DNA of 62,978 bases, filler included, from Streblomastix strix (taxonomy: Eukaryota), in the NCBI GenBank assembly GCA_008636045.1. It is 3 parts of 3 records of this genome, joined end to end, with 100 filler letters (N's around TTAATTAATTAA, not from the genome) between each part and the next. Parts side by side here need not be neighbours in the genome. Positions count along the whole stretch, not along the records: positions 21,032 to 41,959 come from SNRW01000407.1; positions 42,060 to 62,978 come from SNRW01000408.1; 1 more part is not named here. One strand, given 5' to 3'. Below are positions 41,525 through 54,187 of the stretch, one piece after another. The notes below the pieces were generated by a model, which was not told the origin of the DNA, searched no databases, and saw only the letters and a program-made list of their open reading frames with translations. The position numbers and the translations under genes were made by a program. Within the stretch, counting starts at the first letter, position 1; each line of letters begins with the position of its first letter.

Positions 41525-41910
41525 TCAGTTTCCTTCGCCCTCCTCCTCCTCTTCATCGCCCTCGTCCTCTCCTTCCTTTGTGGTAGTCCGGACTCCCTTC
41601 AACTTCTCAGCATCGATGTGTTATAGTGTGTTTGCAAAGTATGCAGCTATTGCAGCACCCATTGTGTCCTTATTTAAATATTAATAAATGATGTTATCAA
41701 CTTCAATAAAAAAATCATACTTCAACTTTTTCAACCTATGGCTTTATGAGAGAAACGCATAATTCTATCTATTTTTATGCCTGTAAATAAACAAATAATA
41801 AGAAGAAATGATGTTATGTATTATACTACTTTAACAATAATAATAATAACCTCAACTCCATGACTACTAAAAAAGAGATATTGGTTGAGGAGCTCACAGA
41901 AGAGAGTAGC
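41525..41910 (-). CDS. VPS35: VPS35-like 3' exons, mirror copy
   Basis: Reverse complement of 21081-21466. Confidence 0.53.
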
Positions 41911-41959
41911 CTTTAAAATGAATTGATAATTGAATTAATTAATTTATTAAAATAAAAGT

Positions 41960-42059
41960 NNNNNNNNNNNNNNNNNNNNNNNNNNNNNNNNNNNNNNNNN
42001 NNNTTAATTAATTAANNNNNNNNNNNNNNNNNNNNNNNNNNNNNNNNNNNNNNNNNNNN
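41960..42059. other. Artificial contig linker
   Basis: 44 N + TTAATTAATTAA + 44 N. Confidence 0.97.
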
Positions 42060-42060
42060 T

Positions 42061-43280
42061 CCTGGGCACATATCTATAGTTATAACAATTATGGCTGATG
42101 ATCCTTCTCCACCTCCATTTTTCATACTTGGTGGTATTCTAAATGTGCCTAAATATCTCCAGGTGTTGATAGAATAAACAGGAGTTGGAATTGTAGCAAA
42201 CGGATCGGGATTGATGACAAAGGACGTTATGAGAATTTTTGCACGATTTTTAAGAGATTGAGTTAGAAAAATGAGAAAATTGGGACATTTTAAGAAAAAT
42301 GAATAAATTCTCTTTTTTATGGACGCACATACTTCAAGAGATGATTTAGAAGCAGTGACTACTCTTGCAGAAGAACGAATTACATTATTAACTTTCCCTT
42401 CAGCAATTACTCACATTATTCAGCTTGTTGATAGAGTTATAGCTCGTGAATTCAGAAGATGTTTCAGAAAGTTACTTCTCAGGTTGGCTTAACGTGCACG
42501 CAATGAAATATTTAATGGCAAACTTTCAACAGCTACTATGAGGGAATTGATTGTTTAAGCAGCATATGACACTTGTTAACAATCGTGTGTTGCAACAAAT
42601 CGATGGATAGCGTTTTTCTCAACAGGCTTATGGCCTAGATCGTCTCAAAAAGCTTGCTAATCGAGATATGTAATCGATGATTCTGCGGCATCATGTCATT
42701 CAGAAGGTAGAAAAACTTCAAGAAAAACTGCTAGTGCAAGAAATTTGACTAAAGAACTATGCCCAGACAAAATCAGAAGAAAACGAAGTCCTTAAGAAGT
42801 TCAAAATGGAAATAAGATTAGAAGACTTAATTCAGCAGAATCACGTTGCTAAGAACGTGCTTGAAAATAATTACAAGAAGGAAAAAATAATGACGTTGAT
42901 TCAGCTGAATGGGAAGATCTTGGCAATGAAAGCAGCGAGGAATACGTTGAAACAAAATTAGGCAAATCTGCAAAGAATAGGCGCGATTACACATATTTTC
43001 CAATTTAAGAAAAAAAAATATCTCGCTCCGGAGGCGAGCAAAGAAAATGTAACTATTTTGTTGAAGAAAATTTTATTCTGAAACAAATATCTGCTCAAAA
43101 ATTGATAAAATCCAAGAAAACTGCAAAGCTAAGAGGAACAACAATAATTGAATCTACAAAATCAGAAAAAGATGCCGTTCCAGAACGAAGCACGATTTTT
43201 AAGGACAATAACTAAAAAAAGAAAAATCAGGCAAGTTTGAATCTTTCAAACAAAAAATCGCAACAACATTAACTCTAGAA
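42061..43280 (+). pseudogene. pogo/Tc5-like DDE transposase relic (5' truncated)
   Basis: HISIVITIMAD, NGSGLMT, ILFFMDAHTSR, LTFPSAITHIIQLVDRVI, AFFSTGLWP; in-frame TGAs. Confidence 0.8.
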
Positions 43281-43289
43281 GTGATGAAA

Positions 43290-43673
43290 TTGGAGCTTTC
43301 TGGATTAGAAAGATCTATAATTAAAAATAGAGGGAATGGGAATTGTTATTTCATGGCTGTGAGTCACTAACTGTATGGAACAAATATGCTGCATCGATAA
43401 ATAAGAGTTATTGCTGTAAAGGAGCTAATTGAAAATAAATAGAAGTATCAATAAGAATTTGATGATAGCAAATCATTGAAAGAATATGCTGATAAAATAA
43501 TCTGTGATGGTAAATTTGCTGACGCCAGAATTAACCTACCAATGTATCAATCACAAAAAGTGAATCTAAGAATCTATTTTGGTGAAAATCACTTTGAAAC
43601 TATCAACAAAAATGCTCAGAAATGGGTCGAAATAGCTTATGTGGACAGAATCCACTATGTAAGCGTTGTCTGA
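43290..43673 (+). pseudogene. OTU-family cysteine protease domain
   Basis: IEGMGNCYFMAVSHQLYGTNMLHRQIR ... IAYVDRIHYVSV (Cys and His boxes). Confidence 0.75.
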
Positions 43674-44576
43674 ATTCCTGCTCACACTATTGTTCATACA
43701 CCTCATTATCATGTTAACTTTAGATTGTATCAATTGATATATCATTTTTTCACATATTTATCATTATTGAACTAGTTGCACTCGATAATTAATTATTTTC
43801 AATAATTTTAATAAAAAGCTAAAAAGCTACCCGAATCAATTGCCAATTTGTTTATTAATTTTCAAAACGTATATATATTCATATAATTATTTATTTAGAA
43901 TTTTTTTATTACATAAATAAATAGAGTTATGGATAAAAGTTGCTACGATAATAATAAAATTGAATTTTTAATTAATTTAGATGCAATATAAATTAATTTA
44001 AATTTCAATAAGATTTTCTTATATTATTATAATTAATATGTTTTAATTAATTAATAATTTAACAGTTGAATTTATAAAAGAAATAATAAAAAATATTTAG
44101 ATATTATAGGAACAATTCTTCTCAATTGTCCTCGCCAAATAACTACAAGCTTCAACGCTTATTATTATTTTTAATAACAAATTGATTTGAAAAATGTGCG
44201 AACAATAACGATCTGGCGGATAAACGATATTTTTTGATTTAATAGTCCGAGTTTTATCATTAAATTTTCATCACCTTTCATTTAAAATGTTTTTATAAAA
44301 TAAATATAGAAATTTGTGAAATAAATTTTTTTGTTTAAATCTAATCTTCTTTTTTCATTCTATGAATTTAATGCCAAAAGTGACACTGGAAACTTACCAA
44401 CAAATGCAGCAGCTACTTCCGGAGAGAGTGATTTTGTTTATTTGTAGACTTCTGAGTGCTCTCAATTCCGCCGGATAACTTATTAACATTAGTTAGTTCT
44501 CTTTCTCCTCCATCTTTAACTTAGCACTTCTTATTACCTCAATTCAATTGATGTGTACTTGTCATCGGCTATGGAT

Positions 44577-44845
44577 AGTAGTTATATGAAAAATGAGAGT
44601 TTCCCACATTGAAAAATAAAAATAAATAATGTAAAATAAATAATTATAAAAAATAAGGAAAATAATTATTGTAAAACAAAATAACATTTATAAATATTGT
44701 AAAAGAAAATAAACACTTGAAAAAAATTATTGAAAGAACATTAATGATAGTGATGTACGAATGTGGATATTGAAGTATGTTAGTGATGTACGTTTTTGTG
44801 TGCTATTAATGAATGTATGGCACTCTTCTTTTTCACATAACTACA
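44577..44845 (+). repeat. Element terminus with subterminal inverted copy
   Basis: GTAGTTATATGAAAAATGAGAGT pairs imperfectly with ACTCTTCTTTTTCACATAACTAC (~44822-44844). Confidence 0.75.
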
Positions 44846-45073
44846 TAGGGCAAATAATAGCTTAGTTGATGAATGATCATTAATGGAAACCTAAAATTTG
44901 TTGAAGTTTCTTCGCTGAAATCAACCACAGCGGAGGTCTTACCAACCTTTTGAAATCTTTGTATATTTGAATATAAAATATGAATAGATATGTTTAAACT
45001 GCGTTAGATTGAGTAGATAGAATCATAAAACATCAAAGAAATCTATGCAATTGCCACGCAAAAATGTGATGAG

Positions 45074-45175
45074 TAATGCATGACTTTTGACCGGATCGAA
45101 AGAGATGAGATGACCGAGTCAAAAACTTCTATAGAAAATAGCTGCCCGACTGCCATTCTGCAAGAAGTGAGAAAT
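45074..45175 (+). repeat. Inter-module motif, copy 3a
   Basis: TAATGCATGACTTTTGACCGGATCG...GACCGAGTCAAAAACTT...GCTGCCCGACTGCCATTCTGCAAGAAGTGAG. Confidence 0.8.
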
Positions 45176-45196
45176 ATTAATAAAAATAAGTTTAAT

Positions 45197-47658
45197 TCAA
45201 ACGTTAATTGAACCATTAAGATCTTCATTAACGACTTAGTCTTCATCTCTTAATCTATCGTAAAATTGTACTTAATCTTCATTCAATTTATAAATACATA
45301 TTCGTTTTAATTGATCTATTTTCAAATTCATTGACATTTATTTTTTAATTATGACTAGAATGATTTCTCTTTAACATCGAATGATTTGAATTATAATGCA
45401 AGAGTACAAGGCACACATTCCTTAAACTATTGATATATTTATAAAATTTCATTATCAAGCTATGAACGTGATACTCTAATTATATCTTTTTTCGCATCTA
45501 TAAATGAAATAATTCTTTACTTCCAATTATTTATATATCTTGTCATGAAATAAATAAATGAATTATTGTAGAATTCGGTAATGAAACCATTTGATAGTGA
45601 TGCGAAGTATTCAACATCATCCCTATGAACTGTCTTTCATCTACATACAACATAACGCCTATCAGTAGCTTCAATTATAACTGGAAAAACGTTGTTGGTT
45701 ATCATTATCAACTTCATTACATTCTCCGATTTTCAACGCAGATAATTTTTTTCATTTATTCTTATTTGATTATCTGTTATTACTGACTTCATCGCATCCA
45801 TGTTCGAATATCTTGCTTTTCCAAAATTGTTAAGTTCATTGGCTATTCCAAGGATTATATTTTCAATGACAGAATTAAACTTACCCGTAAATTCATCAAT
45901 ATCTGTAATATTTTTAATTGAATAACCAGCCTATAATTCACATAAAACATCTGTGAATCTATTTTTGCCTATACCTTGACTGTCTTACAATATCAATGTC
46001 ACCTCTGATTTAACACCAACATTTTATATAACAAATGCAATCCAATTGAGGATATAATTATATAAATTTCCATCACCTGCTGCTATCGTATCATATTTTA
46101 AATTTAAATAATCATTAATTATGTCCTCATTAACAGAGGGTAATTATTAATATAAATGGCCTTAAAATATACTGAATATTTCAGGGTCTTGACAAATAAA
46201 TCTAATATCTTTCATCATAAATAATGAATTAATTTATTCGCAAACTTATTTCAATGATTTAATTTTTTAATTTTCTTTTCATAGAAGAGTCATCTATAAT
46301 TGTTCATATATTGCTGTATTATTCATGTATTAAATGTTATATTTTTATTTAATTGCATCATTTTATTTCACTATAAATGCTAAGCCACCATCGCATGGTG
46401 CACAATGTAATATTCCAGTTAAATTTTAAGCTACTTATTCAATCTTTTAATATACTTTATTTATTATATTTTTCTATATATTTAATAATGAAAAATTATC
46501 TTTTAAATCAATTGATTACTAATTTTTTTTTCTTCTTTTAACTTTGATTTTAAATAAAGCTTTATAGTATCGGTGTAGTACTTCGAATTAAGATATTTAA
46601 TAATCTTTTATAGAACCCATGGATTAACTTTCGAATAAAATCTTGACCTTTTGAGCTCCAGATTTTAAATTGCATTTTCGGTTAAATTATTTTATACCTA
46701 AATTTTGTCGTAAGCATCATAAAAGTATTATTTAATTTCTTCTTCAAGTAATCCATTCACAAATGCAAGTCCGTTAAGTCCTATATATAAGTATAATAAT
46801 GTTATCTCTTGTTCGATTTTCTGAGAATCGTTATGTATCTATAAATGTTTGATTCCATCAATTAATAAATCAACTAATTCTTTATTCGTTTTTCTTAATT
46901 TTCCATCATTCATTATAATCGACTTTACTTCTTCAAATTATGCTCTTAAATATATACTATAAATATCTAGGACATCATTTAATGTCGTAAAGTTCTTCTT
47001 TTTTTTAATATATTATTTAAATTTTCATATTTTAATGTTTTTCTTTGATTATTTTTTTAAGGCTTATATGTTGATTTCGGAAGTACTACAAGTATTTAAT
47101 TTTCAACGATATGAGCAAATATATCGACATCAAAGTTTTCAGTTTTAATGATTTTGATTTATGAATAATTTTTTAATGCGCATCCATCTCTATCTAAATA
47201 AGCATATAATCCTCCGTATGCTGTCTTAGCAAGTCCAACGTTTGAAGGAAAATTTTCAATAATTTTAATTCCTATTTCTTTTATTTTTTCATTCGATAAA
47301 TCTTTTTTGATATCAAAATCCATTACGTATAATTAATCATCACATTTGCCTAGATCAACTGCTGAACATGTCTTAGAACCTTTTTTCCATCGGTATGTTT
47401 CTAAAAATTATATAATGGAGTGAATTCATCTTAGATATGTTTGTCAATAGTTAAATTATTAAATTTCATGTTATTTTATGACATATATGTTTAAATAGCT
47501 AATAAAAATTTGTTAATTTATCTCTTTTTCTTTTGTTCATCGATCATTTCATCGGTTATTTCAGTTGGATATAACGTATTGATTATTTGACCAGTTCGGA
47601 TGGCTGATGGACTTTAATTGACGACACATCCGACAGATTCAAATTCTTTTGTTGCCAT
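45197..47658 (-). pseudogene. Primase-polymerase / SF3 helicase fusion
   Basis: Homolog of 6766-9200 (VMDFDI, KTAYGGL, QGIGKNRF, IANELNNF, TDRRY); frameshifted. Confidence 0.85.
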
Positions 47659-47777
47659 TTTATATGCTGTTAAAAAGTTGAAAAATATAAAAAAAATTTT
47701 TGAGTTTATTTTTAAATAAATTTAAATATTTATTATTTATATTTTTTATTTGACACAAGTTTATTTTTATTTATTTT

Positions 47778-47876
47778 TTTCACATCTTACAGAATAATAG
47801 TCTAGCAGCAGTTTTTGATGAAAATCTATGACTCGATCCACCCAATCCGCTCGGTCCAGTTAAAAGAAATTCATTA
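47778..47876 (-). repeat. Inter-module motif, copy 3b
   Basis: Minus strand TAATGAATTTCTTTTAACTGGACCGAGCGGATTGGGTGGATCGAGTCATAG...AAAAACTGCTGCTAG. Confidence 0.8.
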
Positions 47877-48278
47877 TCCTACCCAATTATGCGTTTTAAA
47901 ATCATGTACTTTTTTTATTGCAAAATTCGTGTTCATCAATAGTTCAAGATTTCGATTTAAACATCATTTTTGAATTCTACGCATTAACATTGAGTATAAG
48001 TAATATTCTTTAAGTTAAATTCAAATATTAATTTTTTAACTTATTTTTTAGCTTATTTTTTGGTTTTAATTAAGGACCCTATATAGAAATTAAAAAATAT
48101 TTAAAAATAAAAAAAAAATTACCTTTATTTCCATGAAATTTTAAAATCACCTGATAATCAAAAATACACACAATTCATATACGCTGATTCCGAATATGAC
48201 CTTTTTAGCTCAATCTGAAACGATTGATTAGGCTCAATTATCGATTTTATTTTAAATAAATAATTAATTATTTTTATT

Positions 48279-48887
48279 ATGATTAAAATGAAAAGTCCAA
48301 TCATTCCAGATGTAGAACCATAATTCGAAAAGGAAATTGAAGTGAATGCGATTATGATTGCAGTTGCATCTTAAATTGGTCCATTTCAGCAACCATTCCA
48401 GCAACCATTTCAGCAACAGGTCATTAGATATCAAACGCCATCTTTGTCAGCTAAGCGCAGAAGTTCAATATTTAAAGAAACATTAACTCTAGACCCATCA
48501 GTGTGTTGTTGGCTGTTGGATACCATTAGTGAAGATGAACATATGGTTAAAGAATCAGCACATTTCGTATTATCTGAAAATTAATTGGTTCTGGTTGTTG
48601 CTTACACTTTTGACGTCCAGTAAAGTTAAGTTCAATTAATTATAGAGTATGGAAGATGTTGTGGTAGGTTTTACAGCGATTCAATTTAAACATTAAATGA
48701 AATATTAATTGGGAACGTTAATGATCTGAAACTAGACGTCGAAAAAGTAAATTTATTAAGGGATAGCTATAAAATTTGTTTATAAAAAATAAAATAAATA
48801 ACAAGTATTTTAGATTTAGGAGAAATAAAAAGTAAAATTTTCAGTGCAGTATCTAAAGGATTAATGACAGTGATAAATAAATTTTGA
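48279..48887 (+). CDS. Conserved viral hypothetical protein (202 aa)
   Basis: MIKMKSPIIPDVEPQFEKE...QQPFQQPFQQ...GRCCGRFYSD...; open with Gln code; homolog of 5947-6516. Confidence 0.7.
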
Positions 48888-48919
48888 TATCATTAAATAA
48901 TTATTTTTATGTTTATAAA

Positions 48920-51723
48920 ATGGATTGAGATTTACATATGTTTGATGTAGTTTTAATTTATGATTATTTACTTTTTTGTTCAACTAGATATAACACTATT
49001 TGCTTAGTACAATAAGTCAAAGACATTGAAAATTAAATAAATAAAATTAATGATGCCCCATATCTTTATAATCGTGGAGAAATTGATGAAATGTAAGATA
49101 AAAAATTAAAAATTTTCGATTAAATTGATGCTTACACTAAATAAGAAGATGATACTCTGTTGCTGTTGAAAGTTAATAAAACTGAGCTCATTAATGCATA
49201 TTTGATAACAGAAGATGATGAGTTGTTAGCATTAAAATTAAATATTTCTGACTAAATTGATGCGTACAATAAAACTGAAGTCGATGCCCTACTCGACAAC
49301 AAATTAAATATAACAGATTAAATTGGTGCATATTCAAAAGCAGAAGATGATGTCTCTTATTGTTGAAGGTTGATAAAACAGATATTATCGATGCATATAC
49401 CAAGATAGAAACTGATGAAAAATTTGATTTTAAAGCTAAAATCGCAGATATTGTTGATAGTTATTCAAAGACTGAAGATAATGAATTAATATTATAGAAA
49501 ACAAATAAATCCGAATTGATAGATTTATATTCCAAGACAGAAACTGATACTAAATTGGATGAAAAAGTCGATAAAACTGAACTAGATGATTATGTTGCTT
49601 TGACGTCTGCTTAAACAATCAATGGTACGAAATAATTCAATTCAAATGTTAGTGCAGCAGCATTTGGGAAAACGGGTAAAATGATGCTTCTATTCTTCTT
49701 GCTGGTAATGGAAATATGTTAGTGAGTTCATTAGTAACGCAATCATAATTATAAGAAATTAAAGACATAGCGACTGGAAAATCAAAAGCGTATGTATATG
49801 ACACATAAAATGATTTGAATACATGGATGGATGATTAAGAAAATGTTGCAAAATTAGCCATGGTTCAGAATTTGTACATTATTGATAATGAAATTGTGGA
49901 TTTTTGGTGGTATAGAACTAATCTTCGAGCATTAGAAACAGAACTGCCAGATATGAGCAACGTCATGACCATTCTTGGAGCTGCTACAGGGGGAGGCAAT
50001 GCAATAACAGCTATATCAATTGATGGAAACACAATAATACCTACAATAAGTACCACATTTGTTACCACTGGAAAGGACCAATCTATTACTTGGATGAAAA
50101 CATTTACAAATATTATTATTACATATGGTATTCAATATTCAGGATACGATAATAACTCTGTTTTTCTTGCTGGTGATAGAGTTTGATCAATATCTGATAT
50201 AGCTTCAAAGGTTGATTTGTCTAATTATTTTGATAAAACTGAAACAGAATCTTTGCTCGAAGACAAAGCAGCTAAACAGCATTAAATGATTATATAACTT
50301 TAGGTACTTCGTAGAAAATAACAGCAAAAAAGATATTTAATAATAGTTGCTGATTTGTAAGTTCAATTGATGGAATGTCATCAATAACTGGTTCATCATT
50401 TATTAAATCAGGAACTGACAATACTGTTGTATTATTCGGAGCTAGAGGTACAAAACCAATAGCGGAGTTTGGTAGAGGAAGCATTAATGATTCGAATTAA
50501 GTGAAGAAAACTGGCTAAAATCAGTAAGTTATTAAAGGATTTACATGAAAGGATTATGAAGATAATGAAGAACCATCAGAAGTAGAAGATGATTGTATAA
50601 CTTGAGAATATGCGCAAAATATATTTATTGGTATATTGGGTAAATAATAAACTATCCATGGTTTAAAATATTTATTGAAAACATTAGAGTTGACCGATTC
50701 ATTAAATAAAATGGAACAAATTAATAAGTATTATTTGCGAATTGAGATTTTAAACTACTAGCTGAGTTCGGTAGTGAAAGTATTGATGATACAAATTATG
50801 TGAAGAAAACAGGATAAGCAACATAATCAATCGAAGGAAAATTAATTTGAAGTGGAATTATCGAAACATTTAGTGAAGCCAATATTTCAAAATAAATGTC
50901 TAAAGATTAAATTGCTGGAGGATGCGCACCTACAAATGGAGGAGGAGATGTTAATGGAAATATTACAATAGGAGCATATATAGCAACATCTGGGAATATA
51001 ATTTCTACATCTTTTATTAAAACTATTGGAACGAATCAACAGGTACTACTGGTGAATGGAACAACTAAACAACTCTCTGAATTCGGTAGTGGTGGAGGTG
51101 ATATTAGTAATTATGTTTAAAAAATAAGAGCAGATGTTTAAATTATTAATGGAAAACTAAGAAAAGGTGAAGATGATGATGAAGAATCTGATGCAGATGA
51201 TTATTTAACGAGAGGTAAATATAGTTTTAATACGAATAAAATTATAAATAAGTTTTATGTTTGAAAAATAAGGTAAAATTCATAAAACGTTAGAGGAACA
51301 CTATTATACGTTAATCCATTCGGTATCGAAAAATGATGATTCTCAAGAACTGACAGATCCCACTTATCCTACATCGCATGAAATAAATAATGTTATTACG
51401 TCAAAATTCTATAATTTCTATCAAATATTAACTTCACCAGTAATATTATCAGGATTTACAGCATCATAATCTAATTTCATAAAAATAGATGGAGTAATGT
51501 ATTTCTTTTATTTTGTTATCAAGCTAAATGATAGAATATAATCGTCACAAGGTCATGATATTGTACTTTTAATCCTCCACCATTATATTCACTATTTTGT
51601 CCAATGAACAATGATTACATGGCCATACTTATGACTGACGGATACGAACATTTTATTACATAATCAACAGTATGGACATAGAACGAAAATATTGTTATCA
51701 ATACATTTTGGTTTAGACTATGA
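48920..51723 (+). pseudogene. Repetitive fibre-like protein
   Basis: Homolog of 3049-5915 with a different module count; several TGA and frameshift lesions. Confidence 0.75.
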
Positions 51724-51789
51724 ATCTATGCTTCTGCATATAGTTGCTTGAAATTGTTTAGAATAATTATTTAATTTTGTTGAATATAA

Positions 51790-53383
51790 ATGTCGAACGT
51801 TTATATCGATGAAAGATTGTTAGATGCAGTTGGTTCATCTGAATTCCCAGAATTATACGCATATATCAAAGAACGTTATCCTAAACCTATTGGTGAATTA
51901 GCGCAACCTGTTCCAATTGGGGACCAAACTCTGCAATAGCAAGTGAAAAATATTGATGATATTATCTATGGTCAAGCGATAGCTCCAATGAAGTATTTGA
52001 ACCACTAGTGCGGAATATTATTATGAAACTTGATTTAAATTCGTAGCGGGAATGAAAAAGTTTCTTAGCATTTAGTGTTTGAGACCCATAATTAATCGTT
52101 TATGGCAATAGAATTACGCTAACGGCTTCATATGCAACAACAGATCTATTTCCGTACAGTTATTTATTCAAAACTTATCCCCTAGAAGCCAGACCTAAAT
52201 CAGGTGATTAAGTGATTGCATTAGTTGGAACCGAATCTCCTAAAACATATGTTATATTTTGTTATATCGACTAAAACGGACCTTATATTGTCAGTTCCCG
52301 ATAATTACCTTCAAATTCTGCACATGTATTTAATATTATTTATTATTAATAGTATGAATCATCAAAGAAAATAAATTATGAAGTGAATAGAAACGGAAAA
52401 ATAGACTTTATGGATACTTGCAATGTTAATGGAAAAGGAACATTTGAAGCATAATCATATGTCTATGAAACAGTAAAAAAATAGTCTGATTCAATCGAGG
52501 CAGGAGTGTAAAGATTAAATAGAACCAATTATTTGAAAAGTGAAATTAAATTAAGAGATGAATTAGCGATATATAAAGCAAATAGAGCAGCATATTTCAT
52601 TAAAGACGGTCCATTTATCGTATATAGCTTTGGAACTAAATTTGTATGTTAATTCTTACTAATTCTGAAGCACAATAAACTGTGTATAAAATATTCTCGA
52701 CAATCAGCAAAAAAGTACTACGACTAAATACGAAATATACGCCAATTCATGTAGAATAACAAAATTTTTCTGCTATGTGTTTGTTCAAGGATATGTATGA
52801 TAAAACATAAGCTGTATAGTTGGCCGTCAGTGGATAATTAAATACGTTGGATTGTGAATTTTAAGGAACTTATATACTTGATAATTACATGAACAGCACA
52901 AACACCAACGAGTCAGTATCTGAAGAACCCGAATCTCACATCGACGAAGTAATTATAAAACATGAAAAAATTTTAGGTTCATCACCACAACCACAATATA
53001 CGATAACTAATGTTTATAATCAGTTTATGATAAATGATTTTTTCCCCTCATCAGCATATAATACGTTTTATATCGTTGATGATTGCACTTGTAGAGTATG
53101 CGTATTCAATCTATATTTCGAATCAAAAGGTTTAGATGGGAGAACGTAAGAGGTTGGTCGTATTTCTGAATCTATATTACCATCTGATGGTAAAAGTTTA
53201 GGCTTCCCTGCGGCTGTATATAGAACAAAGGGCGGAAGATAGAATAATTTTTCAGTGAATTATTTTATTATAAATTCATAATTTAAAATGTTATACTTTT
53301 AATTATCAGAACCATAAGAGTCAATATCAACGGATTCAGCTGATGTTTATAAATAGTGTGCTAGTGGAATGTATTACTTGTGA
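51790..53383 (+). pseudogene. Viral ~530-aa protein
   Basis: MSNVYIDERLLDAVG...SGMYYL-TGA; homolog of 1386-2972, frameshifted. Confidence 0.7.
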
Positions 53384-53430
53384 AAAGCATTAATAAAAAG
53401 CATTGAATAGGAGCGATAATTTGGTTTGGT

Positions 53431-53530
53431 TAATGAATGATTTTTGACTGGACCGTGTGGATTGGGTGGATTGAGTAAAATGGGTTCTATGAAAAATACC
53501 AGTCGATCTGCCAAATAGTCGAAACATTAA
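53431..53530 (+). repeat. Inter-module motif, copy 3c
   Basis: TAATGAATGATTTTTGACTGGACCGTGTGGATTGGGTGGATTGAGT...CCAGTCGATCTGCCAAATAGTCGAAAC. Confidence 0.85.
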
Positions 53531-53596
53531 TAAAAAAATCATTTATTCAAATCTAAAAAAAAGCACATAAAATTTTATTTTTATTATAAATAAACG

Positions 53597-53913
53597 ATGG
53601 TGATTGACATATTCCATAAAATTTAGCAATTTGATTAAAAAATAGGGAAGTGTCTTTAACGGGCGAATGACAACGTTTATGAACTGTTGATAAAACCATT
53701 TGCTAAAAAAACTTCTAAGAGCTTTCGGTGCTTTCGGTTAAACAGCAGGTAAAAGATTTAGAGGATGCTTGTTCATTTCTTGATTATGGTTATGGTGCAG
53801 ATAAAAATGGCTAATTTAGATAAGATTTTGATATTTTCAGAAATGATGAATATTTAATATAAAAATTACTCATTGAAATACAAAGTCGAAGAATATAATT
53901 ATAGAACCAATGA
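53597..53913 (+). pseudogene. Small amphipathic-helix protein
   Basis: Homolog of 851-1165; frameshift ~53705. Confidence 0.7.
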
Positions 53914-53960
53914 AAAATAAAACAATTTATAAAAAAAAATAGCTAATTTATTTTTTATAT

Positions 53961-53995
53961 TTCATTAACTATTTGGCACGTTGGCATATTGTGAG
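53961..53995 (-). repeat. Inter-module motif remnant, copy 3d
   Basis: ACTATTTGGCACGTTGGCAT = minus-strand ATGCCA..GCCAAATAGT, at the position equivalent to copy 1a. Confidence 0.5.
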
Positions 53996-54187
53996 CAATT
54001 TTTAAGAATAATTGAAAATGTCCTCAGGATATGGGCACTCTGATCACTTTAAAGTCATTCACTATCTGCATTAATTCTTCGTACCAAAATCATGAACTTT
54101 TATGTTTCATTATCGAAGTTTCAATAACAGATTTTTATTTCATTAAGTATTTATTTAACTATTTCATTTTTTTATTGAATGTAAAAG

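Larger units (their letters stand above)
21032..41959. repeat. Contig-wide inverted repeat: arms 21032-31298 and 31693-41959, 394-bp spacer
   Basis: ORFs mirror with coordinate sum 62991 and identical translations. Confidence 0.97.

Noticed and set aside
44371..44576. Short ORF MPKVTLETYQQ... abutting the viral terminus
   Set aside because: No recognisable motif; may be an interrupted target gene but cannot be supported
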